NCBI RefSeq assembly: GCF_013315695.1
Contig: NZ_CP054353.1
Source of the DNA: Escherichia coli
GTDB lineage: Bacteria > Pseudomonadota > Gammaproteobacteria > Enterobacterales > Enterobacteriaceae
Strand: one strand, 5' to 3'
DNA: 64,000 bases
Shown here: positions 45,814 through 56,264 of the stretch, piece by piece
Position numbering within the stretch: the stretch's first letter is position 1
How the letters are laid out: every line of letters begins with the position of its first letter
Made by a program: the position numbers and the translations under genes
Notes under the pieces: model-generated
Told to the model about the DNA's origin: nothing
Databases searched by the model: none
What the model saw: the letters and a program-made list of their open reading frames with translations, nothing else

Positions 45814-46902
45814 ATGAATAACCGGGAGAAGGAGATCCTTGCAATATTAAGGCGTAACCCGCTGATTCAGCAGAACGAAATTGCGGATATGCTGCAAATC
45901 AGCCGTTCGCGTGTTGCAGCGCATATTATGGATTTAATGCGCAAAGGACGGATTAAAGGCAAAGGTTACATTCTCACCGAGCAGGAATACTGCGTAGTGG
46001 TGGGGACAATCAATATGGATATTCGCGGGATGGCGGATATCCGTTACCCGCAAGCGGCTTCTCATCCCGGTACCATTCATTGCTCGGCAGGCGGCGTTGG
46101 ACGCAATATCGCCCACAATCTGGCGCTGTTAGGCCGCGACGTTCATTTGCTTTCAGTGATTGGCGATGACTTTTATGGCGAAATGCTCCTGGAAGAAACG
46201 CGCCGCGCCGGCGTGAATGTCTCCGGCTGCGTTCGTTTACATGGTCAAAGCACATCGACGTATCTGGCAATTGCCAATCGAGACGATCAAACCGTGCTGG
46301 CGATTAACGATACCCATCTGCTGGATCAGTTGACACCGCAACTACTGAACGGGTCGCGCGATTTACTTCGTCATGCGGGCGTGGTACTGGCTGATTGCAA
46401 CCTGACAGCCGAGGCGCTGGAGTGGGTCTTTACCCTCGCTGATGAAATCCCGGTGTTTGTCGATACCGTTTCAGAATTCAAAGCGGGCAAAATCAAACAC
46501 TGGCTGGCGCATATTCACACCCTGAAACCCACTTTACCGGAGCTGGAAATTTTATGGGGACAGGCGATCACCAGCGATGCTGACCGTAATGCCGCAGTGA
46601 ATGCATTACATCAGCAAGGTGTTCAGCAACTGTTTGTTTATTTGCCCGATGAGTCAGTTTATTGCAGCGAAAAGGATGGAGCACAATTTTTGCTGACCGC
46701 ACCAGCGCATACGACAGTAGACAGTTTTGGTGCTGACGATGGTTTTATGGCGGGTCTGGTATATAGCTTTCTGGAGGGAAACAATTTCCGTGACAGCGCC
46801 CGTTTTGCGATGGCCTGCGCGGCAATTTCACGCGCCAGCGGCAGCTTAAACAACCCTACCCTGTCTGCCGATAACGCGCTTTCATTAGTGCCAATGGTGT
46901 AA
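45814..46902 (+). CDS. yeiI: Sugar kinase with N-terminal HTH domain YeiI
   Basis: 362-aa PfkB-family kinase (GAGD motif) preceded by HTH. Confidence 0.85.
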   Translation: MNNREKEILAILRRNPLIQQNEIADMLQISRSRVAAHIMDLMRKGRIKGKGYILTEQEYCVVVGTINMDIRGMADIRYPQAASHPGTIHCSAGGVGRNIAHNLALLGRDVHLLSVIGDDFYGEMLLEETRRAGVNVSGCVRLHGQSTSTYLAIANRDDQTVLAINDTHLLDQLTPQLLNGSRDLLRHAGVVLADCNLTAEALEWVFTLADEIPVFVDTVSEFKAGKIKHWLAHIHTLKPTLPELEILWGQAITSDADRNAAVNALHQQGVQQLFVYLPDESVYCSEKDGAQFLLTAPAHTTVDSFGADDGFMAGLVYSFLEGNNFRDSARFAMACAAISRASGSLNNPTLSADNALSLVPMV

Positions 46903-46909
46903 CAATGTT

Positions 46910-46943
46910 GCCGGATTCGACGCTTGACCGCGTCTTATCCGGC
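46910..46943. repeat. REP element
   Basis: GCCGGATTCGACGCTTGACCGCGTCTTATCCGGC. Confidence 0.6.
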
Positions 46944-46957
46944 TCATAACTCGCGCA

Positions 46958-48208
46958 CTACGCTAAGCCAATAAAGAACCCGGCAATGGTAGCGCTCATC
47001 AGGTTAGAAAGTGTCGCCGCCGCCAGCGCGCGTAAACCAAGCTGGGCGATTTCCGGCGCGCGGTGTGGCGCAACCGCAGAAAATGCCCCAACCACTACCC
47101 CGATAGAACCAAAGTTAGCGAAACCGCACAACGCGAAGGAAATAATCGCCACGGTTTTAGCATCCAGAGTGCCAGCTGTTTGCAGATAAGGTGAGAAATT
47201 GAGGTAAGCGACAAATTCATTAATCGCCAGTTTCTGTCCAATCAAACTCCCGGCAAGATTCGCATCACTCCAGTCAACCCCCATCACCCACGCCAGTGGA
47301 GCCAACAGGTAACCTAAAATGGACTCCAGCGAGGCATGTTCAAAACCAAACCAGCCGCCAACGCCGCCGATAATACCGTTAATCAACGCAATTATTGCAA
47401 CAAATGCCATCACCACTGTCGCTACACCGGCGGCGATTTTCAGCCCGGTCATTGCCCCTGTCGCAGCGGCTTCAATAATGCTTTTTGGCGGTGTTTCGGT
47501 GAAAGAGAGGTTATTAAAAGAAACCTGCGAAGATTCCGTAGCCGGGCTTAACAGGCGGGCAAACAAGATCCCGCCTGGGATCGCCATTAACGATGCCGCC
47601 AGCAAATATTCCACAGGTACGCCCAGTGCGGCGTAACCAATCATTGTCGAACCAGCAATCGAGGCCATGCCACTACAAATCGCTGTAAATAATTCATTGC
47701 GATTCAGCCGATCGATAAAGGGTTTGACGATTGCCGGAATTTCGTTTTGCCCGAGGAAAATGGTAGTGACCGCGACGAATGACTCGATCTTGCTGATATT
47801 TAATGCTTTCTGGAAGATACCGCCGAGAATGCGAATTAAGATCCCCATCACACCGATGTAGTAGAGAATACTCACCAGCGCGGTGACGAAGATAATTGCC
47901 GGTAATACTCTGAAACCAAAGATAAATCCTGCACCATCAAACAGCGTGTCCATTTTCGGCCCGACCAGCGAACCGAAGATAAATGCGCTACCCGCGTCGC
48001 TGTACGCCATCACTTTATGCACGCCAAAAGCGACTTTTTCTGCGACCCAACGCCCTGGCGGTAACCAAAGCATAATCCCGCCAATCACGACCTGTAACAC
48101 TAACGCCGCGCCAACGGTACGCAGGCTTATCTTCTTCTTGTTTACTGACAGTAAAAACGCAATTGCCAGCAGTACCACCATTCCCAGAACACTTCTCATG
48201 ACATCCAT
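46958..48208 (-). CDS. nupX: Nucleoside permease (NupC/CNT family)
   Basis: 416-aa CNT-family transporter; paralog of psuT in this window. Confidence 0.85.
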   Translation of the reverse strand: MDVMRSVLGMVVLLAIAFLLSVNKKKISLRTVGAALVLQVVIGGIMLWLPPGRWVAEKVAFGVHKVMAYSDAGSAFIFGSLVGPKMDTLFDGAGFIFGFRVLPAIIFVTALVSILYYIGVMGILIRILGGIFQKALNISKIESFVAVTTIFLGQNEIPAIVKPFIDRLNRNELFTAICSGMASIAGSTMIGYAALGVPVEYLLAASLMAIPGGILFARLLSPATESSQVSFNNLSFTETPPKSIIEAAATGAMTGLKIAAGVATVVMAFVAIIALINGIIGGVGGWFGFEHASLESILGYLLAPLAWVMGVDWSDANLAGSLIGQKLAINEFVAYLNFSPYLQTAGTLDAKTVAIISFALCGFANFGSIGVVVGAFSAVAPHRAPEIAQLGLRALAAATLSNLMSATIAGFFIGLA

Positions 48209-48307
48209 AGTGATTATCTCTTCATGTCATTTTGGGCGACGGCTTTCTGCCCATCAGAAATAGCCGGGCCTGCATCTTGCGATACTGTCCCGGCTTGTTA
48301 TCAACAC

Positions 48308-49249
48308 TTAATGGGTTTTGATGTAGCCGCGCACGCACTCTTCGACTAAGCCCCAGAACCAGTCGGTATCAATAGTGATGCCGACTTTGGTATTAGCGGG
48401 CTTGCCAAGAACGCCCAGTTCGTCGCAGACGGTACGCCCGTAGCAAGGGCCGCTGTTGACGTCCACTTCGACGTACATCTCCTGGGTTTTAATGCCATCA
48501 GGGTTGATCAGATAACCAATGCAGGTGGCGTCGTGCACCGGGCCGCCAGCCAGGCCGTAGTTTTCGAACTGGGTTTTGAGAGTGAAGTTCATGATGTCGC
48601 TGAACAGCTCTCCGGCAGGGCCGCCTGCCCTTTCCATCCGAGCAATTACGTCCGGGGTGCAAACGGTCTGGTTGGTAAGATCGAGGCCCATCATCACTAA
48701 TGGAACGCCGGAGGTGAACACCACGCGTGCGGCTTCCGGGTCAGCAAAGATGTTGAACTCGGCAGATGGGGTGAAGTTGCCTGTACCGTAAGCGCCGCCC
48801 ATTAGCACAATTTCACGGATTTTGGGCAGGATCGCGGGTTGCATACGCATTGCCACCGCGATATTTGAAAGCGGACCAACCGGCACCAGAGTGATATCGC
48901 CATCGCTTGCCATCAGGGTATCAATGATATATTTCACCGCATGAGTGCTTTCTGCCTGGCGGGTCAGCGGCTCGAATACCGGGCCATCCAGTCCGGTTTC
49001 ACCGTGAATATTATCGGCAACGATTTGTTGCCGCATAATGGGTTGTGGCATCCCCGCATAAACCGGAACATTAATCTCCAGTTTCTGGCAAACATTCAGG
49101 CCATTAATTAATGTTTTATCGAGGGTTTGATTACCCGCTACAATGGTGATACCTAATAAATCAATCGCCGGATGTTTCGCTGCCATCATCATTGCAATAG
49201 CATCATCATGACCCGGATCACAATCCAGAATAATTTTTCTCTTTTCCAT
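48308..49249 (-). CDS. rihB: Pyrimidine-specific ribonucleoside hydrolase RihB
   Basis: 313-aa IU-nucleoside hydrolase with N-terminal DCDPGHDDA motif. Confidence 0.9.
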   Translation of the reverse strand: MEKRKIILDCDPGHDDAIAMMMAAKHPAIDLLGITIVAGNQTLDKTLINGLNVCQKLEINVPVYAGMPQPIMRQQIVADNIHGETGLDGPVFEPLTRQAESTHAVKYIIDTLMASDGDITLVPVGPLSNIAVAMRMQPAILPKIREIVLMGGAYGTGNFTPSAEFNIFADPEAARVVFTSGVPLVMMGLDLTNQTVCTPDVIARMERAGGPAGELFSDIMNFTLKTQFENYGLAGGPVHDATCIGYLINPDGIKTQEMYVEVDVNSGPCYGRTVCDELGVLGKPANTKVGITIDTDWFWGLVEECVRGYIKTH

Positions 49250-49326
49250 TGTTTATTTCCTCTGTTTCCAGGGTGATGCTGCCAACTTACTGATTTAGTG
49301 TATGATGGTGTTTTTGAGGTGCTCCA

Positions 49327-49602
49327 GTGGCTTCTGTTTCTATCAGCTGTCCCTCCTGTTCAGCTACTGACGGGGTGGTGCGTAACGGCAAAAGCACCGC
49401 CGGACATCAGCGCTATCTCTGCTCTCACTGCCGTAAAACATGGCAACTGCAGTTCACTTACACCGCTTCTCAACCCGGTACGCACCAGAAAATCATTGAT
49501 ATGGCCATGAATGGCGTTGGATGCCGGGCAACAGCCCGCATTATGGGCGTTGGCCTCAACACGATTTTACGTCACTTAAAAAACTCAGGCCGCAGTCGGT
49601 AA
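49327..49602 (+). CDS. insA: IS1 InsA
   Basis: 91-aa protein with CPSC...CSHC zinc finger; recognised IS1 InsA. Confidence 0.9.
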
Positions 49603-50024
49603 CCTCGCGCATACAGCCGGGCAGTGACGTCATCGTCTGCGCGGAAATGGACGAACAGTGGGGCTATGTCGGGGCTAAATCGCGCCAGCGCTGGCTGTTT
49701 TACGCGTATGACAGGCTCCGGAAGACGGTTGTTGCGCACGTATTCGGTGAACGCACTATGGCGACGCTGGGGCGTCTTATGAGCCTGCTGTCACCCTTTG
49801 ACGTGGTGATATGGATGACGGATGGCTGGCCGCTGTATGAATCCCGCCTGAAGGGAAAGCTGCACGTAATCAGCAAGCGATATACGCAGCGAATTGAGCG
49901 GCATAACCTGAATCTGAGGCAGCACCTGGCACGGCTGGGACGGAAGTCGCTGTCGTTCTCAAAATCGGTGGAGCTGCATGACAAAGTCATCGGGCATTAT
50001 CTGAACATAAAACACTATCAATAA
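49521..50024 (+). CDS. insB: IS1 InsB (expressed as InsAB' by -1 frameshift)
   Basis: 167-aa ORF overlapping the insA 3' end in the -1 frame; recognised IS1 InsB. Confidence 0.85.
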
Positions 50025-50194
50025 GTTGGAGTCATTACCTGTTTCCAGTTGCGTTATTTTTTCTACAGCAAAGAAAATTCGACCGGGCCGATGATTGAAT
50101 CTTAACAACAGCGTACGTATGCTAAATATGAGAAATCTCATAGCGGATAAACATCGTGAAAGAAATCCACAATAATGATCTTAAGCAGCAATTG

Positions 50195-50854
50195 ATGAGT
50201 GAATCCGCGTTTAAGGATTGCTTTTCAACGGATGTTTCAGCCGATACGCGGCTGTTTCATTTTTTAGCACGTGACTACATTGTGCAGGAAGGGCAACAGC
50301 CGTCATGGCTGTTTTACCTGACGCGAGGCCGCGCCAGGCTTTACGCCACGCTAGCTAATGGTCGCGTGTCGCTGATCGATTTCTTTGCCGCCCCCTGTTT
50401 TATTGGTGAGATTGAGTTAATCGATAAAGACCATGAACCGCGTGCGGTGCAGGCTATTGAAGAGTGTTGGTGCCTTGCGCTCCCTATGAAACATTACCGC
50501 CCGCTGTTATTAAACGACACGCTATTTTTACGAAAACTCTGCGTTACTTTAAGCCATAAAAATTATCGCAATATTGTTTCTTTAACTCAGAATCAATCAT
50601 TTCCGTTAGTGAATCGCCTGGCAGCATTTATATTACTCTCACAAGAAGGTGATCTTTATCACGAAAAGCATACGCAAGCGGCAGAGTATTTAGGCGTTTC
50701 TTATCGACATCTTTTATATGTTCTCGCGCAATTCATTCACGACGGTTTATTAATTAAAAGCAAGAAAGGATATCTAATTAAAAACAGAAAGCAGTTGTCA
50801 GGACTGGCGCTGGAGATGGACCCGGAGAATAAATTCTCCGGGATGATGCAGTAA
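50195..50854 (+). CDS. yeiL: CRP/FNR-family regulator YeiL
   Basis: cNMP-binding-like domain plus C-terminal HTH; start set at MSESAFK. Confidence 0.8.
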   Translation: MSESAFKDCFSTDVSADTRLFHFLARDYIVQEGQQPSWLFYLTRGRARLYATLANGRVSLIDFFAAPCFIGEIELIDKDHEPRAVQAIEECWCLALPMKHYRPLLLNDTLFLRKLCVTLSHKNYRNIVSLTQNQSFPLVNRLAAFILLSQEGDLYHEKHTQAAEYLGVSYRHLLYVLAQFIHDGLLIKSKKGYLIKNRKQLSGLALEMDPENKFSGMMQ

Positions 50855-50876
50855 AAAATAATCTGCAATAGCGCGA

Positions 50877-50915
50877 TTGCCGGATGCAACGCTTAATAAG
50901 GCGTACATCCGGCAA
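50877..50915. repeat. REP-like palindromic element
   Basis: TTGCCGGATGCAACGC...GCGTACATCCGGCAA between yeiL and psuT. Confidence 0.55.
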
Positions 50916-50921
50916 TGAAAC

Positions 50922-52172
50922 TCAAGCTAAACCAATAAAGAACCCGGCAATGGTCGCGCTCATCAGGTTGGAAAGCGTTGCTGCTGCCAGCGCCCGTAAA
51001 CCAAGCTGAGCGATTTCCGGTGCGCGTTTTGGCGAAATAGCCGAAAATGCCCCAACGACAACACCGATAGAACCAAAGTTAGCAAAACCACAAAGCGCAA
51101 AGGAGATAATCGCCACGGTTTTCACTTCCAGCGTGCCGCTCGTTTGCAGGTATGGGGAGAAACTCAGGTAAGCGACGAATTCGTTAATCGCCAGTTTCTG
51201 CCCAATCAGGCTACCCGCAAGGTTGGCATCACTCCAGTCCACACCCATGATCCACGCCAGTGGTGCCAACACATAGCCAAAAATACTTTCCAGAGAGGCA
51301 TTGGCGAAACCAAACCAGCCGCCAATTCCGCCGATAATGCCGTTGATCAGCGCAATAATTGCGACAAACGCCATTACTACCGTCGCTACACCAGCGGCGA
51401 TTTTCAGCCCGGTCATCGCACCGCTCGCCGCTGCTTCGATAAAGCTTTTTGGCGGCGTTTCGCTGAACGACAGATTTTCAAATGTGACCTGCGAAGGCTC
51501 GGTTGCCGGGCTAAGAATACGTGCAAACAAAATACCACCAGGGATCGCCATCAGCGATGCCGCTAACAGGTAGTCAATTGGTACGCCCATTCCGGCATAA
51601 CCAATCATCATCGAACCAGCAATGGACGCCATCCCGCTACAAATAGCCGTAAACAACTCGTTGCGATTCATGCGATCGATAAACGGTTTAACGATCGCCG
51701 GGATCTCATTTTGCCCGAGGAAAATAGTGGTAACCGCAACAAAAGATTCGATTTTGCTGATGTTGAGGGCTTTCTGGAAAATGCTGCCAAGGATGCGAAT
51801 CAGCAGCCCCATCACGCCAATGTAGTACAGCAGACTAATGAGCGCAGTGACGAAGATAATCGCCGGGAGTACGCGAAAGGCGAAGATAAAACCCGCACCG
51901 TCAAAGAGGACATCCATTTTCGGCCCAACCAGCGAACCAAAAATGAAGGCGCTACCGGCATCACTGTAAGACATCACTTTATGAACGCCTAATGCCGCCT
52001 GTTCTACCGCCCATTTTCCTGGTGGAAAATAGAGCATGATTCCGCCAATGGCGATTTGTAGCAGCAACGCGGCTCCAACCGTGCGCAAACTGATGCTCTT
52101 TTTATTCACTGACAACAAAAATGCTATTGCCAGTAACACCACCATCCCCACAACACTTCTCATTATATCCAT
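50922..52172 (-). CDS. psuT: Putative pseudouridine/nucleoside transporter (NupC family)
   Basis: 416-aa CNT-family transporter upstream of psuG/psuK; K-12 synteny. Confidence 0.85.
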   Translation of the reverse strand: MDIMRSVVGMVVLLAIAFLLSVNKKSISLRTVGAALLLQIAIGGIMLYFPPGKWAVEQAALGVHKVMSYSDAGSAFIFGSLVGPKMDVLFDGAGFIFAFRVLPAIIFVTALISLLYYIGVMGLLIRILGSIFQKALNISKIESFVAVTTIFLGQNEIPAIVKPFIDRMNRNELFTAICSGMASIAGSMMIGYAGMGVPIDYLLAASLMAIPGGILFARILSPATEPSQVTFENLSFSETPPKSFIEAAASGAMTGLKIAAGVATVVMAFVAIIALINGIIGGIGGWFGFANASLESIFGYVLAPLAWIMGVDWSDANLAGSLIGQKLAINEFVAYLSFSPYLQTSGTLEVKTVAIISFALCGFANFGSIGVVVGAFSAISPKRAPEIAQLGLRALAAATLSNLMSATIAGFFIGLA

Positions 52173-52265
52173 AATGATTTTCCCTTCATGCCAGTAAACC
52201 CGGCGTCAGCGCCAGGTTTTGGTATGTATGATCAGTACGGGCGACGGCTTTCTGCCCGTCAGAAA

Positions 52266-53204
52266 TTAACCCGCGAGACGCTGGTATTCTTTGGCAATTT
52301 CGCTCGCCAGAATGGCGTTGTTGAACACCAGTTGGATGTTGGATTTCAGGCTGTCACCGCCAGTCAGTTCAGCAACACGCGCCAGCAGGAACGGTGTACT
52401 TTCTTTACCAATAACGCCCTGCTCTTCGGCTTCGGCGACGGCTTGATCTATGGCTGCATTGATAGATTCCTCCGGCATCGCAAACTGCTCCGGGATCGGA
52501 TTCGCCACTACCAGGCCGCCGTTCAAACCGGTTTGCCATTTCACTGCCATTGCACGAGCGATTTCCGTGGCACTATCAAGGCGAATGCTGACGTCAAACG
52601 GGCTGGTACGGCAGAAAAACGCAGGCAGCGCTTTTGTCTGATAGCCAATTAACGGCACACCGAAGGTTTCTAAATATTCTGTTGTTAATCCTAAATCGAG
52701 AATAGATTTTGCACCGGCACAAACAACGGTGACATTAGTATTTGCCAGTTCTTGCAAATCGGCAGAAATATCGAAGGTATGTTCCGCCCCGCGATGCACA
52801 CCACCAATTCCCCCGGTGGCAAATACTTTAATTCCGGCAAGCGCCGCAATAATCATCGTTGAAGCCACAGTGGTTGCGCCATTTTTTCCGGCGGCAACGA
52901 CAAAAGGTAAATCGCGACGACTAACTTTGGTCACGTTATGCCCTTCGCGACCCAGCAATTCAATTTCTTCTTTGCTTAAACCCACTTTCATCACGCCGCC
53001 AATAATGGCGATAGTGGCAGGTACAGCGCCCTGTTCACGAATAGTTTCTTCAACTTCAATTGCGGTCTGGGCATTTTGTGGGAACGGCATCCCGTGAGAA
53101 ATAATGGTCGATTCCAGCGCCACAACCGGTTTTTTGTTTTTTAAAGCGTCCTGCACTTCCGGGGAAATTTGTAATAATTCAGGGGAAATTTTTAATTCAG
53201 ACAT
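52266..53204 (-). CDS. psuG: Pseudouridine-5'-phosphate glycosidase
   Basis: 312-aa ORF; recognised YeiN/PsuG. Confidence 0.85.
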   Translation of the reverse strand: MSELKISPELLQISPEVQDALKNKKPVVALESTIISHGMPFPQNAQTAIEVEETIREQGAVPATIAIIGGVMKVGLSKEEIELLGREGHNVTKVSRRDLPFVVAAGKNGATTVASTMIIAALAGIKVFATGGIGGVHRGAEHTFDISADLQELANTNVTVVCAGAKSILDLGLTTEYLETFGVPLIGYQTKALPAFFCRTSPFDVSIRLDSATEIARAMAVKWQTGLNGGLVVANPIPEQFAMPEESINAAIDQAVAEAEEQGVIGKESTPFLLARVAELTGGDSLKSNIQLVFNNAILASEIAKEYQRLAG

Positions 53205-54133
53205 TCTGCGTTCTCCACTAACGATATAACGTTGGCAATCGATAAATCGGGGTTATTGGTGTATTCACAGGAGAGCGCCATTGACGAACATCCCTGTGCG
53301 AAACGAACAGATTCGGCAAACGGCATTCCGTCTACCCAACACGAAGCAAGTCCCGCCATCATGGCATCGCCCGCTCCGGTAACATTAATAACATTGGTTT
53401 TGATCGGCGCAGACCAGCCACTTTCACCGCTGATATCGCTGTAATAAACGCCATCGCCGCCCATGCTCAATACCAGTCGGTTCAGCCCATGTTGATGGAA
53501 CCAGGCAGCAACTTTTGCCACATCTTCACGCCCTGACAGCGCAATCCCACTCAGGGTTTCCGCTTCAAGGCGGTTTGGCTTGAGAGTGTGGATTTGATTT
53601 AGACGGTCGCGCACTTTGACACATTTCCACGCTGAAACAGGATCGACAAATACGGGTACGTTGGCGGCATTATCCAGAATCCATGCCAGTGCCTCTTCAC
53701 TGATATTACAGTCCGCGACAATGACCTTTGCCCTCTGAATAAATTCACGGTGCTGTGCGAGATATTCAGCTGTAATAGCGTTGCTAATATTCATGTCATT
53801 TATAGCAACCAGCATTTCACCGGTATTATCGAGTAATGATAAATAGCTCGACGTATTTTCTCCCGGCACAATCAGGCATTTATCGACATAAACGCCAGAT
53901 TGATTGGTTTGCGTTAGCAGCGATTGGCCATAAAAATCACTGCCTACGGCGCTCAGTAGCCAGGCTCTATTACCCAGCAACGCCAGGTTTTGTGCAATAT
54001 TGCGCCCTACCCCACCAGGCGTAAATTTTATTTTACCTGGATTTGAATCCGCATAATTTAATGATTCATGTGAATATCCGGCGACATCAATATTCGCCGA
54101 GCCTATAATTACGACATAATCCTTTTCGCGCAT
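53192..54133 (-). CDS. psuK: Pseudouridine kinase (PfkB family)
   Basis: 313-aa ribokinase-like protein with GAGD motif; overlaps psuG start. Confidence 0.85.
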   Translation of the reverse strand: MREKDYVVIIGSANIDVAGYSHESLNYADSNPGKIKFTPGGVGRNIAQNLALLGNRAWLLSAVGSDFYGQSLLTQTNQSGVYVDKCLIVPGENTSSYLSLLDNTGEMLVAINDMNISNAITAEYLAQHREFIQRAKVIVADCNISEEALAWILDNAANVPVFVDPVSAWKCVKVRDRLNQIHTLKPNRLEAETLSGIALSGREDVAKVAAWFHQHGLNRLVLSMGGDGVYYSDISGESGWSAPIKTNVINVTGAGDAMMAGLASCWVDGMPFAESVRFAQGCSSMALSCEYTNNPDLSIANVISLVENAECLN

Positions 54134-54200
54134 AGCACGTCCTCTGGTAAAAAATTACCAACCCTGTCAATCCACAAGAATATAGATACTGCAAAGACGG

Positions 54201-54236
54201 TTTAAACATGTGTTCATATTTAAACATGTGCTCATA
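54201..54236. repeat. Tandem 18-bp direct repeat upstream of psuK
   Basis: TTTAAACATGTGTTCATA immediately followed by TTTAAACATGTGCTCATA. Confidence 0.5.
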
Positions 54237-54556
54237 GTATGCATGTTTTACGTAAAGTAAATTGCCGCCAGAGAGGCAAAATGGGCAGATTTGAGCAGGC
54301 TCACAAAATGCGATTAAATGCCTGAATTACAAAAACGGGGAATTTGTGACGGGATGCACAGAACAGGAACACTAAAAAAGGGCAGAAATTAATCTGCCCT
54401 TGAGGAAATAACCTTAGTGTTTGATGAAAGTTTCAGGTTTCTACTAAAAGATAAAACCATTTAAATTCATAAAATTACATTCACAAACCGGTCATTCCCT
54501 TTGCGCTCATCCAATGTTACAGGGCAGGAAATTTCTGCCCTGGAACACACCTTTTA

Positions 54557-56248
54557 TTACGCTGCTTTCGCTACTGCGTCCACTTCCGGACGTTTCAGGA
54601 AGGCATAGGCCAAACCCGCCACCAGCGTACCGGCAATAATGGCTACCAGGTAACCCAATACCGGCGTAATCGCGCCAGGGATCAGCAGAACAAACAGACC
54701 ACCGTGCGGTGCCATCAGTTTCGCACCAATCGCCATTGAGATTGCGCCAGTCAGCGCCCCACCCACGATACAGCACGGCAGCACACGCATCGGATCACGA
54801 GCAGCAAACGGAATTGCACCTTCCGAAATGAAGCACAGTCCCAATACCAGAGCGGCTTTGCCACCTTCCTGCTGCGCTTTGTCGAATTTGCGACGCGCCA
54901 CCATTGTTGCCAGACCCATTGCCAGCGGTGGCACCATACCTGCCGCCATAATCGCCGCCATCGGGCCATAGGTTTGAGTACTCAGCAGACCCACACCGAA
55001 CGCGTACGCTGCTTTGTTTACCGGACCGCCCATGTCAGTACACATCATGCCACCGAGGATCGCCCCCAGCAGAACCGCATTCGCAGTCCCCATGGTCTGC
55101 AGCCAGTGAGTCAACCCTTCGAGAATGCCAGCAACCGGTTTACCGATCAGGTAAATCATCGCCAGACCGACCACCAGACTGGAAATTAGCGGAATGATCA
55201 GGATCGGTTTCAGCGCCTCCATACTCTGCGGCAGTTTCAATTGCGTACTGATTAACTTCGCAATGTAACCCGCCAGGAAGCCCGCAATAATACCGCCAAT
55301 GAAGCCAGAACCGGTGCTGACCGCCAGCATACCGCCAATCAGACCCGGCGTGAGACCCGGACGATCGGCAATAGAAAAGGCAATATAACCTGCCAGTACC
55401 GGCACCATCAACGCAAAGGCTGAACCACCACCAATCTGCATCAGCGCCGCAGCCAACGTACCCGGCTCTTTAAACGCTTCGATACCAAAAGCAAAAGAAA
55501 GCGCGATACACAGACCACCTGCAACGACCATCGGCAGCATGTAAGAGACGCCCGTCAGCAAGTGACGGTAAGCGCCTGCACTCTCTTTCTTGCCTTCAGT
55601 GGTCGCTGTTTGAGCTTTGCCCGCTGGTTCATACAGCGTTGCTTCAGCAACCGCTTTATCCAGTTCCTGCGCAGTTTTCTTCAGCGCCAGACCGGTAGAG
55701 GTGCGATACATCGGTTTACCAGCAAATTTCGCCAGATCCACTTCAATATCTGCCGCCACAATCACCAGATCCGCTGCGGCGACTTCTTCAGGGGTGATTG
55801 CATTACCCGCGCCAACCGAACCACGGGTTTCAACTTTCACCCACCAGCCACGTTTTTTCGCTTCGGTTTCAATGGCTTCAGCCGCCATAAAGGTGTGTGC
55901 TACGCCAGTCGGGCAAGCAGTCACCGCAACTACGCGTTTCGGACCGCTGGCGGCAACCGGTGCTGTCGCAGCGACCGGCGCAGTGTAAGGTTTCGCATGG
56001 CCTTTGGCTTCACTCAGGAACAGCTCAGGGTGCGCAACTGCCCGGGAAATATCGCCCAGCCAGACATTTTTACCGTTCAGCGCGCTGTCGTTCGGGATGG
56101 AATCACCGAGAACAATCGCCATTTCAGCGTCGTTCGGATTGTCGATGATTTCCAGTTTTGCTTTTCGCGCCGCCGCGCCCAGCAGGGTCTTCGCCATATA
56201 GGCGCGTGCCTGACCGAGATTAGCGTCAATAATCAGCAGCGTTTTCAT
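54557..56248 (-). CDS. fruA: PTS fructose-specific EIIB'BC component
   Basis: 563-aa; IIB domain followed by multi-TM IIC domain; fruBKA operon context. Confidence 0.9.
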   Translation of the reverse strand: MKTLLIIDANLGQARAYMAKTLLGAAARKAKLEIIDNPNDAEMAIVLGDSIPNDSALNGKNVWLGDISRAVAHPELFLSEAKGHAKPYTAPVAATAPVAASGPKRVVAVTACPTGVAHTFMAAEAIETEAKKRGWWVKVETRGSVGAGNAITPEEVAAADLVIVAADIEVDLAKFAGKPMYRTSTGLALKKTAQELDKAVAEATLYEPAGKAQTATTEGKKESAGAYRHLLTGVSYMLPMVVAGGLCIALSFAFGIEAFKEPGTLAAALMQIGGGSAFALMVPVLAGYIAFSIADRPGLTPGLIGGMLAVSTGSGFIGGIIAGFLAGYIAKLISTQLKLPQSMEALKPILIIPLISSLVVGLAMIYLIGKPVAGILEGLTHWLQTMGTANAVLLGAILGGMMCTDMGGPVNKAAYAFGVGLLSTQTYGPMAAIMAAGMVPPLAMGLATMVARRKFDKAQQEGGKAALVLGLCFISEGAIPFAARDPMRVLPCCIVGGALTGAISMAIGAKLMAPHGGLFVLLIPGAITPVLGYLVAIIAGTLVAGLAYAFLKRPEVDAVAKAA

Positions 56249-56264
56249 TATGCCTCTCCTGCTG

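Larger units (their letters stand above)
49272..50039 (+). mobile_element. IS1: IS1 insertion sequence (768 bp) with 9-bp target-site duplication
   Basis: Ends GGTGATGCTGCCAACTTACTGAT... and ...AAGTTGGAGTCATTACC; flanked by identical TGTTTCCAG at 49263-49271 and 50040-50048. Confidence 0.9.

Noticed and set aside
46958-52172. nupX and psuT as a recent duplication or assembly collapse (both 416 aa, near-identical N-termini)
   Set aside because: Each has distinct flanking genes in the expected K-12 order and their sequences diverge internally; they are the known NupC-family paralogs.
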